Assembly: GCA_043817715.1 (NCBI GenBank)
Contig: JBDRGO010000007.1
Coordinates: 15,499 to 79,498, forward strand
DNA from: Candidatus Iainarchaeum sp.
Lineage (GTDB): Archaea > Iainarchaeota > Iainarchaeia > Iainarchaeales > JAFGBZ01
Length of the DNA stretch: 64,000 nucleotides
Reading direction: 5' to 3'
Positions 55,844 through 64,000 of this stretch are shown one piece after another. Positions within the stretch are counted from its first letter, which is position 1. Every line of letters begins with the position of its first letter. The translations under genes were made by a program, and so were the position numbers. The notes beneath the pieces are model-generated. The model did no database searches. It saw nothing but the letters and a program-made list of their open reading frames with translations, and was not told where the DNA came from.

Positions 55844-58800
55844 AATAATTGGAATGCTTTTGGTGCTGGCTTTAATTTTTCCGGCAGCATATGCACTGGA
55901 AATAAACGGAAACTGCGATAACAGCATAACTCAATGTGAATTGGGAATAAATGACCTGGAGGTATGCAATAACAGCACCCAAAGGGATTTTTTTAATGTG
56001 ACTCTTTCAGGAGAAGCAGCAAAATGGGTTACTGTCCTGCCCTCAACACTTGAACTTGGACCAGGAGAATGCAGGCAAATACAGACATTCACTGTTTCAG
56101 CATGTTACACTGAGCCAGGAACTTATGGATACACTATAACAGTTTCTGATGGATTCAATGCATCAATTAATTGTGAATTAGAAATTATTCAAGGACATAT
56201 TGTTCCAATTAAAATAATGCCATCTTATCATGAAGCAGCTCAATGTGAAGAAAAAATTTATTCAGTTGAATTAAATAATACTTCAATAATTGATAAACAG
56301 CAAACAGAAGATGTATTTCTTTCATTGCATGGAGAACTTCCAGAAGAATGGGCTCAGTTTTCTGAAACTGAATTAAAAGTAAAAAAAGGAAGTCCTAAAA
56401 CAGTTGAATTAAAAGTTAAATCTCCTTGTAATGCTGAATTCAAAGAATATGATTTCATAGTAAGAGCAGCATTATTTAATCCAAATTTCTTTGATGAAGA
56501 TAATGCAGTATTTGAAGTAAAGCAAGCACAGAACTTAGTAATTTCTTCTGAAAGCAATGCAGCATTAATTGCATGCAAAGAAGAAAAAAGAGAATATTTT
56601 TTGAATTTCAGAAACAATGGAAAATACAATGACGAATATGAATTAAATTTAGATGGACCTGAATGGGTTCAATTAGAAAGAGACACTGTTTCAATTCAAG
56701 CAGGAACATCAAAAGACGTTAAATTGATTTTAAATAAAGCACCAAAAGAAAAAGAAATTTCATTGAAAGTAAAAGCTGTTTCAGAAAAATACAATTATGA
56801 AACAACTAAATTAATTGATGTTAAAGCAATGGATTGCTATAGTTTGAAAGCTGAATTAATTCAAGGAGCAAACACTGCTTGTGCTGAAGTACAAGAAACA
56901 TATGAATTTGAAGTAACTAATACTTCAATTGAAAAAAGAAACATTGAATTAGAAGTAAAAGGTTTAAACGGGGATCTTGAAAAAAATGCTCTTGCATTAG
57001 AAGCAGGAGAAACACAAAAAGTAACCTTCAGACCTGATTTAGAAAATTTACCTGAAGAAGGATATGCAGAAGAATCTGATATAACTTCAATTGAATTCAT
57101 TATGGATACTTCAGGTTCAATGATTGAAAAATTAGGCGGAGAAAAGAAAATAGATATAGCAAAAAGAGAATTAAGAAAATTAATTGAAGACACTGCAAGC
57201 ATTAATGCAGGATTAAGGGTTTTCGGACAGGGAATTTCAGATGACTGCGCTGAAAGCCAGTTAACTTACCCTATTGAAAAATTAAATACTGGAAAAATGA
57301 TACAAAAAATAAATTCACTTTCCCCGCAGGGAAAAACCCCTCTTGCACAGGCATTAAACGCAGGGGCAAATGACTTCACAGAAAAAGGAAACAATGCAAT
57401 AATCCTTGTAAGCGACGGAAAAGAAACATGCAATGGAAACATTGACGAAGCAATCAAAACAGCAAAAGAAAAAGGAGTACGTGTTTACACTGTGGGATTT
57501 GACATTGATGAAGCAGGACAGAAAGAACTGAAAAAAATCGCTTCTGAAACAGGCGGAAAATACTTTGATGCAGTAAATGCAGAAGAACTCGCAGGCTCAT
57601 TAAATGAAATTGCAAGAGAACTGAAAATAGTCAAATCAAAATCATCTGCAGAATCATTCACATTCAAGGCAAAAACAGAATTTGCCGAAGCAAGCAAAAA
57701 AATAAATTTAACAGTAAATGACTGCTTCAATGCAGCACTGTCAATTCCGGAACTTGCATTATGCAAAGGAATTGAAAAAAAGGAATTCTTCAAAATAGCA
57801 AACCTTGGAACAGAAAAACTTGAATTTGAAGTAAGCTCAGTTCCTGAATGGATTAAAGTGGATGAAAAATTCATTAAAACAACTGTTCTGCCTGAAGAAG
57901 AAAAAGAAATTCCTTTCACAGCACTTGCACCAATAAATGCAATTGAATCAGAATATACCATAACAGTGAACTCAGAAAACCAGAAATTAAAGGACACAAA
58001 AGAAATGGTTTACTTAAGCGACGCAAGCTGCATCGGAGTGGATTTAATCACATTAATAGAGGAAATTGATGCAAAAGTATGCGAAGGAAAAGACTACACA
58101 ATTTACATTGAAAATACAGGGCAAACAAATGCAGAAGTAACAGTTTCAAGCAATAAAAGCTGGGTATATGTAATAAATGACAAAATTACATTAACACCAG
58201 GAGAAAGAAAAGAAGTCACTTTCTTTGTAAGCCCCCCATTTGACGTAGGCCCTTACACTGAACTCGTATTCAATGCAAAAACAGACAAAGGATTTGAATC
58301 AAGCGTTTCAATCGGATTAATCAAAACAGGCCAGGACTTTGAAGAAGAAATTGATTTGCAGATAAAAGCAGATAAAAAAATAATCGAAATCACAGACCCA
58401 AAAGAAGGGGCAACAGTTGAATTCGAACTTGAAAACAATTCAAACAGAGTATTGAAAATCAATTCAATCACTTCATTGAAATATGATGCAAAATTCAACC
58501 TGGAAAAAACAAGAATCGCGGCAAAAGAAAGAACAAAAGTATCAATGCAGGTAATAATCCCTGAAGGCGAAGAAGGAACAATTGTTGTTCCATTCAAAAT
58601 TACAACAAACCAAGGAACCTATGTAAGAGACATACCTGTTGAATTCAAAATAACTGAAGCCCCACAAACAGAAGAACAGCCGATTTCAATCGGAAGCGGA
58701 TTGTTTTCACTTGTAGGATTAAGCGGAGTAATCATCGGATTAATACTGTTAATCCTTCTGGCAGTTGGTTCATACTATTATATCAAACAGAAAAAAGAAG

Positions 58801-58919
58801 AAACAAAAAAAGAGCAAGAGGAAACCAAAACAGAAGAACCAAAAGAACCTGCTGAAGCAAAGGCAAAAAAGAAAACAGCAAAAAAAGAAACAAAAAAAAC
58901 AGGCAAAAAAAAGAATTAA
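55836..58919 (+). CDS. Membrane-anchored surface protein with von Willebrand factor A domain
   Basis: MIDAS DTSGSM, GKTPLA, LVSDGKETC, VYTVGF; Cys-linked Ig-like repeats; C-terminal TM and Lys/Glu tail. Confidence 0.88.
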   Translation: MHKIIGMLLVLALIFPAAYALEINGNCDNSITQCELGINDLEVCNNSTQRDFFNVTLSGEAAKWVTVLPSTLELGPGECRQIQTFTVSACYTEPGTYGYTITVSDGFNASINCELEIIQGHIVPIKIMPSYHEAAQCEEKIYSVELNNTSIIDKQQTEDVFLSLHGELPEEWAQFSETELKVKKGSPKTVELKVKSPCNAEFKEYDFIVRAALFNPNFFDEDNAVFEVKQAQNLVISSESNAALIACKEEKREYFLNFRNNGKYNDEYELNLDGPEWVQLERDTVSIQAGTSKDVKLILNKAPKEKEISLKVKAVSEKYNYETTKLIDVKAMDCYSLKAELIQGANTACAEVQETYEFEVTNTSIEKRNIELEVKGLNGDLEKNALALEAGETQKVTFRPDLENLPEEGYAEESDITSIEFIMDTSGSMIEKLGGEKKIDIAKRELRKLIEDTASINAGLRVFGQGISDDCAESQLTYPIEKLNTGKMIQKINSLSPQGKTPLAQALNAGANDFTEKGNNAIILVSDGKETCNGNIDEAIKTAKEKGVRVYTVGFDIDEAGQKELKKIASETGGKYFDAVNAEELAGSLNEIARELKIVKSKSSAESFTFKAKTEFAEASKKINLTVNDCFNAALSIPELALCKGIEKKEFFKIANLGTEKLEFEVSSVPEWIKVDEKFIKTTVLPEEEKEIPFTALAPINAIESEYTITVNSENQKLKDTKEMVYLSDASCIGVDLITLIEEIDAKVCEGKDYTIYIENTGQTNAEVTVSSNKSWVYVINDKITLTPGERKEVTFFVSPPFDVGPYTELVFNAKTDKGFESSVSIGLIKTGQDFEEEIDLQIKADKKIIEITDPKEGATVEFELENNSNRVLKINSITSLKYDAKFNLEKTRIAAKERTKVSMQVIIPEGEEGTIVVPFKITTNQGTYVRDIPVEFKITEAPQTEEQPISIGSGLFSLVGLSGVIIGLILLILLAVGSYYYIKQKKEETKKEQEETKTEEPKEPAEAKAKKKTAKKETKKTGKKKN

Positions 58920-59159
58920 TTCAAACAAAACAAGTAAAAGCAAAAACAAACAACACAAAAAGAAAAAAACAAGAAATTCAAACAAAAAAGAATTAATTCA
59001 AAAACAAAAAGAAATAATTCCAACAAAAGAACAATGCAAAAAAAACAAACAAAAAATTAACCAAAAAAAAAAAATATTAAAAAGAAGAATTGTTTCTTCT
59101 TTTCTTTTTCTTATTTTTTATTTTTATTGCTTTTATTATCTTCAATCAGCAAAGGAAAA

Positions 59160-59813
59160 TTATTTTTTCTTCAAAAAAGAATTAAAATGCCCTGCAACCA
59201 AAGAACTGTTAATCAGCAGTGCTTTTTCCTCTTTTTCATCAAATGAATGATTCAGATAAAGCAGTACAGAATCCTTGTCAAGCAGGACAAATTTTGATTC
59301 AGAGGATTCAACAGAGGAAAAAGAAAATTTTTTTCTTGAAGCATGCTCTTTAAATGAATCAATTGATTCTTTTGAACCTACAAAAACAGGCTTTGAAGAA
59401 GAGTCAAAAATAATGGAATTGATGTTTTTCTTTCCTGCAATCAGAACCGCGGATTCATTGAAAGCATTTTCAGGATGCTCCTGCAACTGGGACTGAAGGG
59501 AAGAAACAATTGAATCCAGTTCAGAAAAATGAGTTTTCATATCATGCTCTTTCCTTGATTTAACAAAAACAAGGACTTTCTTTAAAGGAAAGGCAGAATA
59601 CTTAACCGGCTTAACCGGCTTATGCGAAATAAATCCCTTATTCTGCAAGGAAACCAATACATCATAAACCCTTGCCCTAGGAATTCCTGCTTTTTCCGAA
59701 ACAACGCCTGCAGTTGAAGTTCCTGAATTAAGCAAAGCAACATATGCCTTTGACTCATATTCATTCAAGCCCAATTGCTTGATTAAATCAATTAATTTCT
59801 TCAACCACTTCAC
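59160..59813 (-). CDS. TrmB-family transcriptional regulator
   Basis: LGLNEYESKAYVALL...SEKAGIPRARVYDVL-x-SL-x-x-KG...KPVKY. Confidence 0.9.
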   Translation of the reverse strand: MKWLKKLIDLIKQLGLNEYESKAYVALLNSGTSTAGVVSEKAGIPRARVYDVLVSLQNKGFISHKPVKPVKYSAFPLKKVLVFVKSRKEHDMKTHFSELDSIVSSLQSQLQEHPENAFNESAVLIAGKKNINSIIFDSSSKPVFVGSKESIDSFKEHASRKKFSFSSVESSESKFVLLDKDSVLLYLNHSFDEKEEKALLINSSLVAGHFNSFLKKK

Positions 59814-60049
59814 ACCCTAAAAAATAAATGAATCACTAAAGGAAAGAAGAAAGGAATATAAATAGTTTTGCTTGAACAAAAAAAGCCCGCTGAATAAAGC
59901 CAAAAGAACTGAATTTAAAAGCATTCGGCATCAAAAAAGCAAAAAAAATTTCTCTGCTTTTGTTGGCAAAGGAAAGAAATTTTTTCCAAAAAAAAAGTTA
60001 TGTGTAAAATCTGAATAAAAGTATTTAAAGAAGTTCTGCACCAATATAA

Positions 60050-60153
60050 GAGTTGGGAGTTAAGGAGACAAGATACACTGCTTTCCCGCTGAATCGGCGG
60101 CGGTCTTCGTGGGGGAGGCTGAAGGCAGATCCCTGCTTGTCTCCCAATACTCA
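60050..60153 (+). ncRNA. Unassigned GC-rich structured RNA, about 104 nt
   Basis: ggagacaag/cttgtctcc and ctgctttc/gaaggcag helices closing two hairpins; G-U pairs favour the + strand; tttaaa about 25 nt upstream. Confidence 0.65.
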
Positions 60154-60207
60154 ATTAACCAAATTCTAAAAACAAATAATTATTAATTAAAAAAATAATA
60201 ATTTTGC

Positions 60208-60600
60208 ATGAACTCAAAAGCAAAAAAATACATTTTTCTTTTAGGAATTCCTTTAGGGCTTCTTTTACTATCACAAATTGTTTTCCAAATTGAAAAAGAG
60301 CCCCTTATTAGAAGTGCATTAATTATTGCTGGATTTATTTCCTTACCAATTCTTGCAAATTATATTAATGCAGATAAAAAAGAATTTATTATTGCATTTG
60401 TTGTTTTTGATTTAATAAATGAATTTCTTTTTTTTGCTGAAGATGTTCTTTTACCTAATGCAGTTTACTCTCTTGAAGAATGGCTAAGCACTTATAAAAC
60501 AATTGAATGGATTTCGGGAAGAATATTTTTTACAGCGATTTATTTTTTAATTCTGTTCCTTGTTTTTGTTTTCTTAAAAAAGAAAAAATCAGTTTCTTAA
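60208..60600 (+). CDS. Small membrane protein
   Basis: Four hydrophobic segments. Confidence 0.65.
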   Translation: MNSKAKKYIFLLGIPLGLLLLSQIVFQIEKEPLIRSALIIAGFISLPILANYINADKKEFIIAFVVFDLINEFLFFAEDVLLPNAVYSLEEWLSTYKTIEWISGRIFFTAIYFLILFLVFVFLKKKKSVS

Positions 60601-63228
60601 TTTCTCAATTAACCTGACAGCATAAGGCACAAACAAGGCAGTCATTGAAATCAATATCAACACAATCAATTCCCATGCACTTAATGCAACTGTTTTGAAT
60701 ATTTCCTGCGCAAAAGGATGATAGATTATTAATAACTGCAAACCAAAAGAAATCAATACAGCTAAAATCAAAAACTTGTTTTTTAATGGATTCAGTTCAA
60801 AAACAGTTTTATTTTCCCTCCTGCAATTGAATACCAGAAACATTTCAAAAAAAACCATTCCGCTGAAAACCAGCGTTCTTGCATGAGATGGCTGGGTTAA
60901 ATCAAAAGGATTTATTCCAAAAGAAAAATCCTTTTCAAAACCATACCAAAAAAAAGCTAAACTGCATATAACATAAACAAAAGTTGAAACAAAAATAAAA
61001 AACAAAAATTTAGAGAAAAGTGATTCATTTCTTTTTCTTGGCTTTTCATTCATTAAATTCTCGGGCCTTTCATTTGCCAACGCCAATGCAGGCAAGGCAT
61101 CCGTTGCAATATTAATCCATAAAATCTGCAAAGGAAGCAAAGGCAAAGGCAAGCCGACAATAGAAATGATTCCAACAACAGCAATTGCGGCAAAATTTGC
61201 CGAAAGCAAAAATTTAATGAATGCCTGAATGTTTTTGTAAATTCTTCTTCCTTCCTCAATTGCCGAAACAATTGAAGAAAAATTATCATCACTTAAAACA
61301 ATATCCGATGCCTCCTTGGATACCTCTGTCCCCTTAATTCCCATTGCAATTCCGATATCTGCATTCTTTAATGCAGGGGCATCATTTACTCCATCACCAG
61401 TAACCGCAACAACATGGCCCTGCCTTTGAAGCGCCTGAACAATCATTAATTTATGCTTCGGGTCGGTGCGCGCAAAAATCACATTTGATTTAACGCATTC
61501 GCTGAATTCGTTTTCATTCATTGAATCCAGTTCGCTTCCTTCAACAACAGTTAACTGCTTTAAGCCCAATTCCTTTGCCACTGCCTTTGCAGTCAATGCA
61601 TTGTCTCCGGTAATTATTTTCACTTCAATTCCGGCGCTTAAAGCAGTCTGGATTGATTCCCTTGCTTCAGGACGAGGAGGATCCATTAAACCAATTAAAC
61701 CCAAAAAAACCATTTCATCCTCAGCATATTCAATTTCATCAGTTTCCTTGAAAGCAAACCCTAAAACCCTTAATGCTTTTCCGGCCCATTTTTCCTGAAC
61801 CGAAATTAATTCATTTCTTTTTTCTTCAGTTAAATTAATTTTTTTTCCATTAATCAATAAATGCGTGCTTCTTTCAATTACTTCTTCTAAAGCCCCTTTC
61901 ATTAAAACAATTTTTTTTCCGTTGATTTCATGCAATGAACTCATTTTTTTTCTTTCAGAAGAAAAAGGAATTTCTGAAATTTTTTTAAATTGTGTTATCA
62001 TGTTTGCTTTTTTTGTTAATACCTTTAATGAAACCTCTGTTGAATCACCAACAAAACTTAATGCTTTTTTATTTTCATCAAATTCAATAAATGAATTATT
62101 GCAGTTCTCGCAGGCCCATAACATTTTTTCAAATGATTCTCCTTCATAATTCAATTCTTCAACTGCATCATAACCAACGCCTTTAACATCAATTTCTTTT
62201 CCGTCAACAAAAATTTTTCTTGCAGTCATTTCATTCAAAGTTAAAGTGCCTGTTTTGTCCGAACAAATAACTGTTGCCGCACCCAATGATTCAATAACTG
62301 AAATTTTTCTAACAATTGCCTTTCTTTTCGCCATCTGCTGGACTCCCAAAGCCAAAGTAATTGTGACAATTATTGGAAGCCCTTCAGGAATTGCTGAAAC
62401 CCCTAATGAAACTGAAATCATGAACATTTCAAACAAATTAATTCCGCGGAAAAGCCCGATTAAAAACAAAACAAAAAGAATTCCGATAATTGCAATTCCA
62501 AGATTTTTCGCCAGCCAATCCAATTCAGTGTTTAAAATTGTTTTTTTTTCTTTTGAATCAGAAATCATTTCAGCAATTTTTCCGAATTCAGTATTCATTC
62601 CGGTGCTTGTTACAATTGCCAATGCATGCCCTTCAGTTATAATTGTATTTGAATAAACCAGATTAATTCTTTTAGCCAAAGGCAAGTCTTCAGTTAATTC
62701 TTCAGAATTTTTTAAAACTGAATTACTTTCACCAGTTAAAATTGATTCATCCACTTTTAAGGAAAAGGATTCAATTAACCTTGCATCTGCAGGTGCCTTG
62801 TCCCCTGCATCCAGAAAAATCAAATCCCCTGGAACCAAGTTTTCTGCAGGAATTTTCTGCTTTTTTCCATTGCGTAAAACCACTGCATCCAAGGAAACCA
62901 TTTTCTTTAACGCGCTTAATGCATTTTCTGCCTTGAATTCCTGAATAAAACCAATTACTGCATTTAAAACAATTATTGCAAAAATAGCAAAAGCATCCAA
63001 TTGCTCCCCTAAAAGAAATGAAATTCCGCCTGCAACAAATAAAATCAATACAAGAACCGAAGTGAACTGATTCAAAAAAATCTTTAAAACACTAAAATCC
63101 TTTTTTTCCTTTAACTTGTTTTTACCAAATTCAATCAATCTTTTTTCCGCTTCTTCCTGCACCAAGCCGTTCCTTGAAGAATTAAGCTGCTGAAACAGCT
63201 CTTCCTCTGAAAGCAAAAAATAATCCAA
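60589..63228 (-). CDS. P-type ATPase, type IIA (Ca2+-transporting-like)
   Basis: LTGES, IPEGLP, DKTGTLT, KGA, DPPR, TGDN, TGDGVNDAPAL, WINIATD. Confidence 0.95.
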   Translation of the reverse strand: MDYFLLSEEELFQQLNSSRNGLVQEEAEKRLIEFGKNKLKEKKDFSVLKIFLNQFTSVLVLILFVAGGISFLLGEQLDAFAIFAIIVLNAVIGFIQEFKAENALSALKKMVSLDAVVLRNGKKQKIPAENLVPGDLIFLDAGDKAPADARLIESFSLKVDESILTGESNSVLKNSEELTEDLPLAKRINLVYSNTIITEGHALAIVTSTGMNTEFGKIAEMISDSKEKKTILNTELDWLAKNLGIAIIGILFVLFLIGLFRGINLFEMFMISVSLGVSAIPEGLPIIVTITLALGVQQMAKRKAIVRKISVIESLGAATVICSDKTGTLTLNEMTARKIFVDGKEIDVKGVGYDAVEELNYEGESFEKMLWACENCNNSFIEFDENKKALSFVGDSTEVSLKVLTKKANMITQFKKISEIPFSSERKKMSSLHEINGKKIVLMKGALEEVIERSTHLLINGKKINLTEEKRNELISVQEKWAGKALRVLGFAFKETDEIEYAEDEMVFLGLIGLMDPPRPEARESIQTALSAGIEVKIITGDNALTAKAVAKELGLKQLTVVEGSELDSMNENEFSECVKSNVIFARTDPKHKLMIVQALQRQGHVVAVTGDGVNDAPALKNADIGIAMGIKGTEVSKEASDIVLSDDNFSSIVSAIEEGRRIYKNIQAFIKFLLSANFAAIAVVGIISIVGLPLPLLPLQILWINIATDALPALALANERPENLMNEKPRKRNESLFSKFLFFIFVSTFVYVICSLAFFWYGFEKDFSFGINPFDLTQPSHARTLVFSGMVFFEMFLVFNCRRENKTVFELNPLKNKFLILAVLISFGLQLLIIYHPFAQEIFKTVALSAWELIVLILISMTALFVPYAVRLIEKLRN

Positions 63229-63273
63229 AAAAAATCCCTTTAAAGCAATAATAAATAAAGAAGAATATAAAGG

Positions 63274-64000
63274 TTATTCAAGGATTGAATAATAATTTTT
63301 TGTGAAATTAGTGTATTTCACTTCTTTTAATACTTGAATTGATTCATAATCAACAAGTATATCCTTAAATTCATTAAAAAAATCAGATAAAATCAAACTA
63401 AAATGCCCATCACTTTTTGAATTAACATCAAAAATAATATCATATTTTCCTAAAGCACGCGCACTCCAAATCATAAAAGGATGGTTCTTAAAAAAAATCT
63501 TTAATTTTTTATCTGCTTTTTTATCAATTCCTTTTGTTTCAACCAAAACCCTATGCCAATTAAAGCCAAGTTTACTGAATGAAAGATTAGCCCAAAATCC
63601 ACCTATAATTTCTTTCTTAATCAACTGCAAAACCCTGTAACGCACAGTTTCAGGAGGAATTTTAACTGCCAAAGAAACTTCATGAAATGATTTCCTTGCA
63701 TCCTTGCTTAATTCTTCTACAATCTGCAAATCAAGCAAATCAACATCAAACACTTTTCTATCAGGAGAAATTTCAATTCTTTGGTTTTTCAGAATTTTTT
63801 CAAAAGAAGAATCCAGTTTTTTAGGAGAAATTTCCTTAACTTTTGCTCCCTCCAAAAAGCCCTTGCAAAAAGAAGAATACAAATACTCATAAAGAATTAT
63901 TTGAAAATCCAATTCCTTCAAAAAACCAGAAAAAGAAGTTTTTAATTCATACATGAAATCATGAAACTGAAACAAGTCCTTACAAAAAAACAACAAAAGA
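63274..64000 (-). CDS. Lrp/AsnC-family regulator (5' end outside the window)
   Basis: DLLDLQIVEELSKDARKSFHEVS...PETVRYRV-x-x-L...II, followed by a RAM-like domain (GKYDI). Confidence 0.8.
   Translation of the reverse strand, partial: LLLFFCKDLFQFHDFMYELKTSFSGFLKELDFQIILYEYLYSSFCKGFLEGAKVKEISPKKLDSSFEKILKNQRIEISPDRKVFDVDLLDLQIVEELSKDARKSFHEVSLAVKIPPETVRYRVLQLIKKEIIGGFWANLSFSKLGFNWHRVLVETKGIDKKADKKLKIFFKNHPFMIWSARALGKYDIIFDVNSKSDGHFSLILSDFFNEFKDILVDYESIQVLKEVKYTNFTKNYYSILE

Noticed and set aside
58765..59250. 161-aa Lys-rich ORF and the opposite Phe-rich ORF
   Set aside because: Artefacts of an A-rich low-complexity tract overlapping two real gene ends.
60050..60153. Canonical SRP RNA, 5S rRNA, tRNA or yybP-ykoY riboswitch
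   Set aside because: Lacks the SRP helix-8 CAGG/GNRA/AGCA loop, the 5S CCGAAC loop and a T-loop; it is not upstream of the P-type ATPase.
59915..60154. 79-aa minus-strand ORF
   Set aside because: Antisense to the structured RNA, then runs into low-complexity T-rich DNA.

Overview
AT-rich archaeal chromosome segment. Thermosome, archaeal IleRS/TrpRS, the tRNA splicing endonuclease, TrmB, KaiC/RAD55, two histone-fold proteins and TATA-type promoters mark it as archaeal. Gene style suggests a DPANN lineage, possibly Ca. Iainarchaeota/Diapherotrites; this is inference only. Housekeeping genes include a non-oxidative pentose-phosphate cluster, ilvE, panB, cmk, ileS, class II lysS, trpS, a bacterial/eukaryote-type metK and a P-type ATPase. 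They are interleaved with three PIN toxin-antitoxin pairs, two clusters of large surface proteins and many basic orphan genes. The most notable items are mostly absent from the ORF track. (1) A complete box C/D guide RNA at 35770-35845 has guides matching 16S rRNA, one predicting the conserved Cm1402; its 3' end is reiterated downstream in structured repeats that bracket a toxin-antitoxin module. (2) A rare tRNA-Ile(UAU). (3) An unassigned ~104-nt structured RNA at 60050-60153. (4) A 58-aa Bd0055/HTkC-like histone near an HMfC-like coiled-coil histone. (5) An ArsR-HTH/transmembrane/Ig-repeat fusion divergent from two beta-helix surface genes that share a duplicated promoter and leader. (6) A sigma70-like orphan and an HD-GYP-like orphan, both with basic N-terminal leaders. 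All calls are by-eye motif recognition; no searches were run.
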